Origin: Escherichia phage HK630
Direction: 5' to 3' (one strand)
Length of the DNA: 47,090 nucleotides
Sequence record: NC_019723.1
In this document: positions 25,212 to 34,462 of the stretch, piece by piece
Layout of the letters: each line of letters opens with the position of its first letter
How positions within the stretch are numbered: position 1 is the first letter of the stretch
Translations under genes and position numbers: made by a program
Notes under the pieces: generated by a model
Told to the model about the DNA's origin: nothing
Databases searched by the model: none
The model's input: the letters and a program-made list of their open reading frames with translations, nothing else

Positions 25212-26785
25212 TGTACTTTACCTTCATCTCTGTTCATTATCATCGCTTTTAAAACGGTTCGACCTTCTAATCCTATCTGACCATTATAATTTTTTAGAAT
25301 GGTTTCATAAGAAAGCTCTGAATCAACGGACTGCGATAATAAGTGGTGGTATCCAGAATTTGTCACTTCAAGTAAAAACACCTCACGAGTTAAAACACCT
25401 AAGTTCTCACCGAATGTCTCAATATCCGGACGGATAATATTTATTGCTTCTCTTGACCGTAGGACTTTCCACACGCAGGATTTTGGAACCTCTTGCAGTA
25501 CTACTGGGGAATGAGTTGCAATTATTGCTACACCATTGCGTGCATCGAGTAAGTCGCTTAATGTTCGTAAAAAAGCAGAGAGCAAAGGTGGATGCAGATG
25601 AACCTCTGGTTCATCGAATAAAACTAATGACTTTTCGCCAACGACATCTACTAATCTTGTGATAGTAAATAAAACAATTGCATGTCCAGAGCTCATTCGA
25701 AGCAGATATTTCTGGATATTGTCATAAAACAATTTAGTGAATTTATCATCGTCCACTTGAATCTGTGGTTCATTACGTCTTAACTCTTCATATTTAGAAA
25801 TGAGGCTGATGAGTTCCATATTTGAAAAGTTTTCATCACTACTTAGTTTTTTGATAGCTTCAAGCCAGAGTTGTCTTTTTCTATCTACTCTCATACAACC
25901 AATAAATGCTGAAATGAATTCTAAGCGGAGATCGCCTAGTGATTTTAAACTATTGCTGGCAGCATTCTTGAGTCCAATATAAAAGTATTGTGTACCTTTT
26001 GCTGGGTCAGGTTGTTCTTTAGGAGGAGTAAAAGGATCAAATGCACTAAACGAAACTGAAACAAGCGATCGAAAATATCCCTTTGGGATTCTTGACTCGA
26101 TAAGTCTATTATTTTCAGAGAAAAAATATTCATTGTTTTCTGGGTTGGTGATTGCACCAATCATTCCATTCAAAATTGTTGTTTTACCACACCCATTCCG
26201 CCCGATAAAAGCATGAATGTTCGTGCTGGGCATAGAATTAACCGTCACCTCAAAAGGTATAGTTAAATCACTGAATCCGGGAGCACTTTTTCTATTAAAT
26301 GAAAAGTGGAAATCTGACAATTCTGGCAAACCATTTAACACACGTGCGAACTGTCCATGAATTTCTGAAAGAGTTACCCCTCTAAGTAATGAGGTGTTAA
26401 GGACGCTTTCATTTTCAATGTCGGCTAATCGATTTGGCCATACTACTAAATCCTGAATAGCTTTAAGAAGGTTATGTTTAAAACCATCGCTTAATTTGCT
26501 GAGATTAACATAGTAGTCAATGCTTTCACCTAAGGAAAAAAACATTTCAGGGAGTTGACTGAATTTTTTATCTATTAATGAATAAGTGCTTACTTCTTCT
26601 TTTTGACCTACAAAACCAATTTTAACATTTCCGATATCGCATTTTTCACCATGCTCATCAAAGACAGTAAGATAAAACATTGTAACAAAGGAATAGTCAT
26701 TCCAACCATCTGCTCGTAGGAATGCCTTATTTTTTTCTACTGCAGGAATATACCCGCCTCTTTCAATAACACTAAACTCCAACAT
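25208..26785 (-). CDS. ea59: Ea59, predicted ABC/AAA-type ATPase
   Basis: 525 aa; Walker A GRNGCGKTT, Walker B LVLFDEPEVHLHP, H-loop IATHSP; about 190 aa of N-terminal region precedes the ATPase. Confidence 0.88.
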   Translation of the reverse strand: MLEFSVIERGGYIPAVEKNKAFLRADGWNDYSFVTMFYLTVFDEHGEKCDIGNVKIGFVGQKEEVSTYSLIDKKFSQLPEMFFSLGESIDYYVNLSKLSDGFKHNLLKAIQDLVVWPNRLADIENESVLNTSLLRGVTLSEIHGQFARVLNGLPELSDFHFSFNRKSAPGFSDLTIPFEVTVNSMPSTNIHAFIGRNGCGKTTILNGMIGAITNPENNEYFFSENNRLIESRIPKGYFRSLVSVSFSAFDPFTPPKEQPDPAKGTQYFYIGLKNAASNSLKSLGDLRLEFISAFIGCMRVDRKRQLWLEAIKKLSSDENFSNMELISLISKYEELRRNEPQIQVDDDKFTKLFYDNIQKYLLRMSSGHAIVLFTITRLVDVVGEKSLVLFDEPEVHLHPPLLSAFLRTLSDLLDARNGVAIIATHSPVVLQEVPKSCVWKVLRSREAINIIRPDIETFGENLGVLTREVFLLEVTNSGYHHLLSQSVDSELSYETILKNYNGQIGLEGRTVLKAMIMNRDEGKVQ

Positions 26786-27351
26786 ATAGTAACCCTTAAT
26801 TTTATTAAAATAACCGCAATTTATTTGGCGGCAACACAGGATCTCTCTTTTAAGTTACTCTCTATTACATACGTTTTCCATCTAAAAATTAGTAGTATTG
26901 AACTTAACGGGGCATCGTATTGTAGTTTTCCATATTTAGCTTTCTGCTTCCTTTTGGATAACCCACTGTTATTCATGTTGCATGGTGCACTGTTTATACC
27001 AACGATATAGTCTATTAATGCATATATAGTATCGCCGAACGATTAGCTCTTCAGGCTTCTGAAGAAGCGTTTCAAGTACTAATAAGCCGATAGATAGCCA
27101 CGGACTTCGTAGCCATTTTTCATAAGTGTTAACTTCCGCTCCTCGCTCATAACAGACATTCACTACAGTTATGGCGGAAAGGTATGCATGCTGGGTGTGG
27201 GGAAGTCGTGAAAGAAAAGAAGTCAGCTGCGTCGTTTGACATCACTGCTATCTTCTTACTGGTTATGCAGGTCGTAGTGGGTGGCACACAAAGCTTTGCA
27301 CTGGATTGCGAGGCTTTGTGCTTCTCTGGAGTGCGACAGGTTTGATGACAA

Positions 27352-27400
27352 AAAATTAGCGCAAGAAGACAAAAATCACCTTGCGCTAATGCTCTGTTAC
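27352..27400 (-). terminator. sib: sib / tI hairpin downstream of int
   Basis: Inverted repeat TTAGCGCAAG...CTTGCGCTAA just beyond attP relative to int; matches the recalled lambda sib/tI sequence. Confidence 0.6.
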
Positions 27401-27620
27401 AGGTCACTAATACCATCTAAGTAGTTGATTCATAGTGACTGCATATGTTGTGTTTTACAGTATTATGTAGTCTGTTTTTTATGCAAAATCTAATTTAATA
27501 TATTGATATTTATATCATTTTACGTTTCTCGTTCAGCTTTTTTATACTAAGTTGGCATTATAAAAAAGCATTGCTTATCAATTTGTTGCAACGAACAGGT
27601 CACTATCAGTCAAAATAAAA
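27380..27620. other. attP: attP phage attachment site (core GCTTTTTTATACTAA at 27536-27550)
   Basis: Exact lambda att core with AT-rich P and P' arms adjacent to int; arm limits approximate. Confidence 0.9.
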
Positions 27621-27623
27621 TCA

Positions 27624-28694
27624 TTATTTGATTTCAATTTTGTCCCACTCCCTGCCTCTGTCATCACGATACTGTGATGCCATGGTGTCCGACTTATGCC
27701 CGAGAAGATGTTGAGCAAACTTATCGCTTATCTGCTTCTCATAGAGTCTTGCAGACAAACTGCGCAACTCGTGAAAGGTAGGCGGATCCCCTTCGAAGGA
27801 AAGACCTGATGCTTTTCGTGCGCGCATAAAATACCTTGATACTGTGCCGGATGAAAGCGGTTCGCGACGAGTAGATGCAATTATGGTTTCTCCGCCAAGA
27901 ATCTCTTTGCATTTATCAAGTGTTTCCTTCATTGATATTCCGAGAGCATCAATATGCAATGCTGTTGGGATGGCAATTTTTACGCCTGTTTTGCTTTGCT
28001 CGACATAAAGATATCCATCTACGATATCAGACCACTTCATTTCGCATAAATCACCAACTCGTTGCCCGGTAACAACAGCCAGTTCCATTGCAAGTCTGAG
28101 CCAACATGGTGATGATTCTGCTGCTTGATAAATTTTCAGGTATTCGTCAGCCGTAAGTCTTGATCTCCTTACCTCTGATTTTGCTGCGCGAGTGGCAGCG
28201 ACATGGTTTGTTGTTATATGGCCTTCAGCTATTGCCTCTCGGAATGCATCGCTCAGTGTTGATCTGATTAACTTGGCTGACGCCGCCTTGCCCTCGTCTA
28301 TGTATCCATTGAGCATTGCCGCAATTTCTTTTGTGGTGATGTCTTCAAGTGGAGCATCAGGCAGACCCCTCCTTATTGCTTTAATTTTGCTCATGTAATT
28401 TATGAGTGTCTTCTGCTTGATTCCTCTGCTGGCCAGGATTTTTTCGTAGCGATCAAGCCATGAATGTAACGTAACGGAATTATCACTGTTGATTCTCGCT
28501 GTCAGAGGCTTGTGTTTGTGTCCTGAAAATAACTCAATGTTGGCCTGTATAGCTTCAGTGATTGCGATTCGCCTGTCTCTGCCTAATCCAAACTCTTTAC
28601 CCGTCCTTGGGTCCCTGTAGCAGTAATATCCATTGTTTCTTATATAAAGGTTAGGGGGTAAATCCCGGCGCTCATGACTTCGCCTTCTTCCCAT
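27624..28694 (-). CDS. int: integrase (tyrosine recombinase)
   Basis: 356-aa ORF MGRRRSHERRDLPPNLYIRNNGYYCYRDPRTGKEFGLG..., lambda Int. Confidence 0.97.
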   Translation of the reverse strand: MGRRRSHERRDLPPNLYIRNNGYYCYRDPRTGKEFGLGRDRRIAITEAIQANIELFSGHKHKPLTARINSDNSVTLHSWLDRYEKILASRGIKQKTLINYMSKIKAIRRGLPDAPLEDITTKEIAAMLNGYIDEGKAASAKLIRSTLSDAFREAIAEGHITTNHVAATRAAKSEVRRSRLTADEYLKIYQAAESSPCWLRLAMELAVVTGQRVGDLCEMKWSDIVDGYLYVEQSKTGVKIAIPTALHIDALGISMKETLDKCKEILGGETIIASTRREPLSSGTVSRYFMRARKASGLSFEGDPPTFHELRSLSARLYEKQISDKFAQHLLGHKSDTMASQYRDDRGREWDKIEIK

Positions 28695-28890
28695 TTCTGA
28701 TCCTCTTCAAAAGGCCACCTGTTACTGGTCGATTTAAGTCAACCTTTACCGCTGATTCGTGGAACAGATACTCTCTTCCATCCTTAACCGGAGGTGGGAA
28801 TATCCTGCATTCCCGAACCCATCGACGAACTGTTTCAAGGCTTCTTGGACGTCGCTGGCGTGCGTTCCACTCCTGAAGTGTCAAGTACAT
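28672..28890 (-). CDS. xis: excisionase
   Basis: 72-aa ORF MYLTLQEWNARQRRPRSLETVRRWVRECRIFPPPVKDGREYLFHESAVKVDL...; overlaps the int start. Confidence 0.95.
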   Translation of the reverse strand: MYLTLQEWNARQRRPRSLETVRRWVRECRIFPPPVKDGREYLFHESAVKVDLNRPVTGGLLKRIRNGKKAKS

Positions 28891-29185
28891 CGCAAAGTCT
28901 CCGCAATTACACGCAAGAAAAAACCGCCATCAGGCGGCTTGGTGTTCTTTCAGTTCTTCAATTCGAATATTGGTTACGTCTGCATGTGCTATCTGCGCCC
29001 ATATCATCCAGTGGTCGTAGCAGTCGTTGATGTTCTCCGCTTCGATAACTCTGTTGAATGGCTCTCCATTCCATTCTCCTGTGACTCGGAAGTGCATTTA
29101 TCATCTCCATAAAACAAAACCCGCCGTAGCGAGTTCAGATAAAATAAATCCCCGCGAGTGCGAGGATTGTTATGTAATATTGGGT

Positions 29186-29467
29186 TTAATCATCTATATG
29201 TTTTGTACAGAGAGGGCAAGTATCGTTTCCACCGTACTCGTGATAATAATTTTGCACGGTATCAGTCATTTCTCGCACATTGCAGAATGGGGATTTGTCT
29301 TCATTAGACTTATAAACCTTCATGGAATATTTGTATGCCGACTCTATATCTATACCTTCATCTACATAAACACCTTCGTGATGTCTGCATGGAGACAAGA
29401 CACCGGATCTGCACAACATTGATAACGCCCAATCTTTTTGCTCAGACTCTAACTCATTGATACTCAT
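29186..29467 (-). CDS. ea8.5: Ea8.5 protein
   Basis: 93-aa ORF at the lambda ea8.5 position; Cys/His-rich. Confidence 0.85.
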   Translation of the reverse strand: MSINELESEQKDWALSMLCRSGVLSPCRHHEGVYVDEGIDIESAYKYSMKVYKSNEDKSPFCNVREMTDTVQNYYHEYGGNDTCPLCTKHIDD

Positions 29468-29658
29468 TTATAAACTCCTTGCAATGTATGTCGTTTCAGC
29501 TAAACGGTATCAGCAATGTTTATGTAAAGAAACAGTAAGATAATACTCAACCCGATGTTTGAGTACGGTCATCATCTGACACTACAGACTCTGGCATCGC
29601 TGTGAAGACGACGCGAAATTCAGCATTTTCACAAGCGTTATCTTTTACAAAACCGATC

Positions 29659-30207
29659 TCACTCTCCTTTGATGCGAATGCCAGCGTCAGACATCATATG
29701 CAGATACTCACCTGCATCCTGAACCCATTGACCTCCAACCCCGTAATAGCGATGCGTAATGATGTCGATAGTTACTAACGGGTCTTGTTCGATTAACTGC
29801 CGCAGAAACTCTTCCAGGTCACCAGTGCAGTGCTTGATAACAGGAGTCTTCCCAGGATGGCGAACAACAAGAAACTGGTTTCCGTCTTCACGGACTTCGT
29901 TGCTTTCCAGTTTAGCAATACGCTTACTCCCATCCGAGATAACACCTTCGTAATACTCACGCTGCTCGTTGAGTTTTGATTTTGCTGTTTCAAGCTCAAC
30001 ACGCAGTTTCCCTACTGTTAGCGCAATATCCTCGTTCTCCTGGTCGCGGCGTTTGATGTATTGCTGGTTTCTTTCCCGTTCATCCAGCAGTTCCAGCACA
30101 ATCGATGGTGTTACCAATTCATGGAAAAGGTCTGCGTCAAATCCCCAGTCGTCATGCATTGCCTGCTCTGCCGCTTCACGCAGTGCCTGAGAGTTAATTT
30201 CGCTCAC
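29659..30207 (-). CDS. ea22: Ea22 protein
   Basis: 182-aa ORF with coiled-coil-like central region, lambda ea22 position. Confidence 0.85.
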   Translation of the reverse strand: MSEINSQALREAAEQAMHDDWGFDADLFHELVTPSIVLELLDERERNQQYIKRRDQENEDIALTVGKLRVELETAKSKLNEQREYYEGVISDGSKRIAKLESNEVREDGNQFLVVRHPGKTPVIKHCTGDLEEFLRQLIEQDPLVTIDIITHRYYGVGGQWVQDAGEYLHMMSDAGIRIKGE

Positions 30208-30425
30208 TTCGAACCTCTCTGTTTACTGATAAGTTCCAGATCCTCCTGGCAACTTGCACAAGTCCGACAACCCTGAACGACCAGGCGTCTTCGTTCATCT
30301 ATCGGATCGCCACACTCACAACAATGAGTGGCAGATATAGCCTGGTGGTTCAGGCGGCGCATTTTTATTGCTGTGTTGCGCTGTAATTCTTCTATTTCTG
30401 ATGCTGAATCAATGATGTCTGCCAT
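30204..30425 (-). CDS. small zinc-ribbon protein (pL-operon ORF)
   Basis: 73 aa with two CxxC pairs (CCECGDP...CRTCASC); overlaps the ea22 start by 4 nt. Confidence 0.6.
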   Translation of the reverse strand: MADIIDSASEIEELQRNTAIKMRRLNHQAISATHCCECGDPIDERRRLVVQGCRTCASCQEDLELISKQRGSK

Positions 30426-30523
30426 CTTTCATTAATCCCTGAACTGTTGGTTAATACGCTTGAGGGTGAATGCGAATAATAAAAAAGGAGCCTGTAGCTC
30501 CCTGATGATTTTGCTTTTCATGT

Positions 30524-30706
30524 TCATCGTTCCTTAAAGACGCCGTTTAACATGCCGATTGCCAGGCTTAAATGAGTCGGTGTGAATCCCATCAGCGTTA
30601 CCGTTTCGCGGTGCTTCTTCAGTACGCTACGGCAAATGTCATCGACGTTTTTATCCGGAAACTGCTGTCTGGCTTTTTTTGATTTCAGAATTAGCCTGAC
30701 GGGCAA
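30524..30706 (-). CDS. hypothetical small protein (pL-operon ORF)
   Basis: 60-aa ORF in the ea22-exo interval. Confidence 0.45.
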   Translation of the reverse strand: MPVRLILKSKKARQQFPDKNVDDICRSVLKKHRETVTLMGFTPTHLSLAIGMLNGVFKER

Positions 30707-30836
30707 TGCTGCGAAGGGCGTTTTCCTGCTGAGGTGTCATTGAACAAGTCCCATGTCGGCAAGCATAAGCACACAGAATATGAAGCCCGCTGCCAGAAAA
30801 ATGCATTCCGTGGTTGTCATACCTGGTCTCTCTCAT
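30651..30836 (-). CDS. hypothetical protein orf61
   Basis: 61-aa ORF at the lambda orf61 position. Confidence 0.55.
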   Translation of the reverse strand: MRETRYDNHGMHFSGSGLHILCAYACRHGTCSMTPQQENALRSIARQANSEIKKSQTAVSG

Positions 30837-31008
30837 CTGCTTCTGCTTTCGCCACCATCATTTCCAGCTTTTGTGAAAGGGATGCGGCTAACGTATGAAA
30901 TTCTTCGTCTGTTTCTACTGGTATTGGCACAAACCTGATTCCAATTTGAGCAAGGCTATGTGCCATCTCGATACTCGTTCTTAACTCAACAGAAGATGCT
31001 TTGTGCAT
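30817..31008 (-). CDS. hypothetical protein orf63
   Basis: 63-aa ORF at the lambda orf63 position. Confidence 0.6.
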   Translation of the reverse strand: MHKASSVELRTSIEMAHSLAQIGIRFVPIPVETDEEFHTLAASLSQKLEMMVAKAEADERDQV

Positions 31009-31163
31009 ACAGCCCCTCGTTTATTATTTATCTCCTCAGCCAGCCGCTGTGCTTTCAGTGGATTTCGGATAACAGAAAGGCCGGGAAATACCCAGCCTCG
31101 CTTTGTAACGGAGTAGACGAAAGTGATTGCGCCTACCCGGATATTATCGTGAGGATGCGTCAT
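30981..31163 (-). CDS. hypothetical protein orf60a
   Basis: 60 aa from [28 protein letters not shown]...; ends just before the exo start. Confidence 0.6.
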   Translation of the reverse strand: MTHPHDNIRVGAITFVYSVTKRGWVFPGLSVIRNPLKAQRLAEEINNKRGAVCTKHLLLS

Positions 31164-31840
31164 CGCCATTGCTCCCCAAATACAAAACCAATTTCAGCCA
31201 GTGCCTCGTCCATTTTTTCGATGAACTCCGGCACGATCTCGTCAAAACTCGCCATGTACTTTTCATCCCGCTCAATCACGACATAATGCAGGCCTTCACG
31301 CTTCATACGCGGGTCATAGTTGGCAAAGTACCAGGCATTTTTTCGCGTCACCCACATGCTGTACTGCACCTGGGCCATGTAAGCTGACTTTATGGCCTCG
31401 AAACCACCGAGCCGGAACTTCATGAAATCCCGGGAGGTAAACGGGCATTTCAGTTCAAGGCCGTTGCCGTCACTGCATAAACCATCGGGAGAGCAGGCGG
31501 TACGCATACTTTCGTCGCGATAGATGATCGGGGATTCAGTAACATTCACGCCGGAAGTGAATTCAAACAGGGTTCTGGCGTCGTTCTCGTACTGTTTTCC
31601 CCAGGCCAGTGCTTTAGCGTTAACTTCCGGAGCCACACCGGTGCAAACCTCAGCAAGCAGGGTGTGGAAGTAGGACATTTTCATGTCAGGCCACTTCTTT
31701 CCGGAGCGGGGTTTTGCTATCACGTTGTGAACTTCTGAAGCGGTGATGACGCCGAGCCGTAATTTGTGCCACGCATCTTCCCCCTGTTCGACAGCTCTCA
31801 CATCGATCCCGGTACGCTGCAGGATAATGTCCGGTGTCAT
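31160..31840 (-). CDS. exo: lambda exonuclease (Red-alpha)
   Basis: 226-aa [43 protein letters not shown]..., lambda Exo. Confidence 0.96.
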   Translation of the reverse strand: MTPDIILQRTGIDVRAVEQGEDAWHKLRLGVITASEVHNVIAKPRSGKKWPDMKMSYFHTLLAEVCTGVAPEVNAKALAWGKQYENDARTLFEFTSGVNVTESPIIYRDESMRTACSPDGLCSDGNGLELKCPFTSRDFMKFRLGGFEAIKSAYMAQVQYSMWVTRKNAWYFANYDPRMKREGLHYVVIERDEKYMASFDEIVPEFIEKMDEALAEIGFVFGEQWR

Positions 31841-32622
31841 GCTGCCACCTTCTGCTCTGCGGCTTTCTGTTTCAGGAATCCAAGAGCTTTTACTGCTTCG
31901 GCCTGTGTCAGTTCTGACGATGCACGAATGTCGCGGCGAAATATCTGGGAACAGAGCGGCAATAAGTCGTCATCCCATGTTTTATCCAGGGCGATCAGCA
32001 GAGTGTTAATCTCCTGCATGGTTTCATCGTTAACCGGAGTGATGTCGCGTTCCGGCTGACGTTCTGCAGTGTATGCAGTATTTTCGACAATGCGCTCGGC
32101 TTCATCCTTGTCATAGATACCAGCAAATCCGAAGGCCAGACGGGCACACTGAATCATGGCTTTATGACGTAACATCCGTTTGGGATGCGACTGCCACGGC
32201 CCCGTGATTTCTCTGCCTTCGCGAGTTTTGAATGGTTCGCGGCGGCATTCATCCATCCATTCGGTAACGCAGATCGGATGATTACGGTCCTTGCGGTAAA
32301 TCCGGCATGTACAGGATTCATTGTCCTGCTCAAAGTCCATGCCATCAAACTGCTGGTTTTCATTGATGATGCGGGACCAGCCATCAACGCCCACCACCGG
32401 AACGATGCCATTCTGCTTATCAGGAAAGGCGTAAATTTCTTTCGTCCACGGATTAAGGCCGTACTGGTTGGCAACGATCAGTAATGCGATGAACTGCGCA
32501 TCGCTGGCATCACCTTTAAATGCCGTCTGGCGAAGAGTGGTGATCAGTTCCTGTGGGTCGACAGAATCCATGCCGACACGTTCAGCCAGCTTCCCAGCCA
32601 GCGTTGCGAGTGCAGTACTCAT
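31837..32622 (-). CDS. bet: Red-beta single-strand annealing protein
   Basis: 261-aa ORF overlapping the exo start, lambda Bet. Confidence 0.96.
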   Translation of the reverse strand: MSTALATLAGKLAERVGMDSVDPQELITTLRQTAFKGDASDAQFIALLIVANQYGLNPWTKEIYAFPDKQNGIVPVVGVDGWSRIINENQQFDGMDFEQDNESCTCRIYRKDRNHPICVTEWMDECRREPFKTREGREITGPWQSHPKRMLRHKAMIQCARLAFGFAGIYDKDEAERIVENTAYTAERQPERDITPVNDETMQEINTLLIALDKTWDDDLLPLCSQIFRRDIRASSELTQAEAVKALGFLKQKAAEQKVAA

Positions 32623-32627
32623 TCGTT

Positions 32628-33044
32628 TTATACCTCTGAATCAATATCAACCTGGTGGTGAGCAATGGTTTCAACCATGTACCGGATGTGTTCTGCCATG
32701 CGCTCCTGAAACTCAACATCGTCATCAAACGCACGGGTAATGGATTTTTTGCTGGCCCCGTGGCGTTGCAAATGATCGATGCATAGCGATTCAAACAGGT
32801 GCTGGGGCAGGCCTTTTTCCATGTCGTCTGCCAGTTCTGCCTCTTTCTCTTCACGGGCGAGCTGCTGGTAGTGACGCGCCCAGCTCTGAGCCTCAAGACG
32901 ATCCTGAATGTAATAAGCGTTCATGGCTGAACTCCTGAAATAGCTGTGAAAATATCGCCCGCGAAATGCCGGGCTGATTAGGAAAACAGGAAAGGGGGTT
33001 AGTGAATGCTTTTGCTTGATCTCAGTTTCAGTATTAATATCCAT
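32628..33044 (-). CDS. gam: Gam (RecBCD inhibitor)
   Basis: 138-aa [62 protein letters not shown]..., lambda Gam. Confidence 0.95.
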
Positions 33045-33142
33045 TTTTTATAAGCGTCGACGGCTTCACGAAACATCTTTTCATCGCCAATAAAAGTGGC
33101 GATAGTGAATTTAGTCTGGATAGCCATAAGTGTTTGATCCAT
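32999..33142 (-). CDS. kil: Kil host-killing protein
   Basis: 47 aa [47 protein letters not shown] within the longer ORF-track frame. Confidence 0.8.
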
Positions 33143-33275
33143 TCTTTGGGACTCCTGGCTGATTAAGTATGTCGATAAGGCGTTTCCATCCGTCACGTAA
33201 TTTACGGGTGATTCGTTCAAGTAAAGATTCGGAAGGGCAGCCAGCAACAGGCCACCCTGCAATGGCATATTGCAT
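33111..33275 (-). CDS. cIII: CIII (FtsH inhibitor)
   Basis: 54 aa [54 protein letters not shown], identical to recalled lambda CIII. Confidence 0.93.
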   Translation of the reverse strand: MQYAIAGWPVAGCPSESLLERITRKLRDGWKRLIDILNQPGVPKNGSNTYGYPD

Positions 33276-33333
33276 GGTGTGCTCCTTATTTATACATAAC
33301 GGAAAACGCCTCTCGTGAAGCGTTATTGGTATG

Positions 33334-33362
33334 CATATAAAAAGGCCCTCACATTGGAGGGC
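33334..33362 (-). terminator. rho-independent terminator upstream of cIII in the leftward operon (tL2-like)
   Basis: Stem GCCCTC/GAGGGC (33345-33350 / 33357-33362) with a 6-nt loop, followed on the minus strand by a T-run. Confidence 0.5.
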
Positions 33363-33572
33363 AAAGAAGATTTCCAATAATCAGAACAAGTCGGCTCCTG
33401 TTTAGTTACGAGCGACATTGCTCCGTGTATTCACTCATTGGAATGAATACACAGTGCAGTGTTTATTCGTATGCCTGTCTTTTAACCACATCAGGCTCGG
33501 TGGTTCTCGTGTACCCCTACAGCGAGAAAAATAGTAAAATCCTCTTACCCCTACAGTAAGAGAGTAATTTAT

Positions 33573-34067
33573 ATGGATGTGTTATCTGGTATAACTGCCG
33601 CGAAACAGGCTTATGATCTGCTGAAGACAATAAAAGAAACCAGAGACGATGCTGTTATCGCTAAAGCTATTGGTGATCTACACCAAAGAATAACTGACTT
33701 ACAGATGCTTAATGCGGAGCTCTCTGGCCTTTATCAGGCCGAGAAGGAGATCGCAATGAAGCTTCGAGATGAAAATAGAAAAATCAAGATGTTTGTTGTG
33801 CAAGCTGAGAATTATGAACTTCATACAACTGAAGGTGGTTCTGTCGTGTATCGACCTAAGAGTCATTCCGATCATTCTATTCAGCAGCATAACCTTTGTG
33901 CACATTGCTTCGGCGAACATAAAATATCGATACTTCAACCAAGCACGGTTACTATAAAATCTAATGGATTCTTTGTGCATTCATGTCCTCGCTGTAAGAA
34001 TGAATACCGGATGTATAGAGCGCCAGACCCTAAGCCTGTATATGTACCGCCGCTGACAAATTATTAA
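33573..34067 (+). CDS. hypothetical coiled-coil / zinc-ribbon protein, transcribed opposite to the pL operon
   Basis: 164-aa ORF with SD AAGAGAG 8 nt upstream of ATG; helical heptad-like N-terminus; C-terminal CAHC...CPRC pairs; no lambda gene recognised here. Confidence 0.6.
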   Translation: MDVLSGITAAKQAYDLLKTIKETRDDAVIAKAIGDLHQRITDLQMLNAELSGLYQAEKEIAMKLRDENRKIKMFVVQAENYELHTTEGGSVVYRPKSHSDHSIQQHNLCAHCFGEHKISILQPSTVTIKSNGFFVHSCPRCKNEYRMYRAPDPKPVYVPPLTNY

Positions 34068-34097
34068 TTTTATTCCTGAAATGGCCTCTTCACCCCC

Positions 34098-34460
34098 TTA
34101 CTTTGTCAGGGGGATATCTCCTTCAGTTTTGACCATTCGCCTTAATACTTTCCTTAAGTCGATGTAAAGTTGAAGGTCTCCATTTGCTGCGGCATCAGCC
34201 ATTTTTTGCCTGACAAGCAGTAATGTTTCATACGGCTCAATAAGAATATCGTCATGAGTAATTAGGTGAAGCGTTGCCGCATCAACTATTCCTAGAGCTG
34301 CGCCAAGTATCAAAAATTCCCTGCTATTTTTGTCGCATGAGGAGATAAGCGTATTTAGCGCATACCTAATATTCTTTATAGCTGTTGTTAATGCTGCAAT
34401 TTCTTCTATGGCGTCTTCTCCAATGAGCTTTTTAAGCTCATATTTTTCTTCCTGACCCAT
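34098..34460 (-). CDS. hypothetical protein immediately downstream of N (position of lambda sieB)
   Basis: 120 aa from ATG 34460 (MGQEEKYELKKLIGEDAIEEIAALT...) with GAGGT SD; starts 3 nt after the N stop; not hydrophobic, so unlike SieB. Confidence 0.55.
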   Translation of the reverse strand: MGQEEKYELKKLIGEDAIEEIAALTTAIKNIRYALNTLISSCDKNSREFLILGAALGIVDAATLHLITHDDILIEPYETLLLVRQKMADAAANGDLQLYIDLRKVLRRMVKTEGDIPLTK

Positions 34461-34462
34461 AA

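Noticed and set aside
33699-33980. 93-aa minus-strand ORF antisense to the coiled-coil/zinc-ribbon gene
   Set aside because: The translation looks like antisense noise (Phe/Ile/Leu-rich), whereas the plus-strand frame has an SD and a coherent motif pattern. Kept open as an alternative in the finding
34093-34113. Hairpin CCCCCT-loop-AGGGGG as a bidirectional terminator
   Set aside because: The stem overlaps the last codons of the 120-aa gene and lacks a clear U-run on either strand, so it is mentioned in a finding but not listed as a terminator
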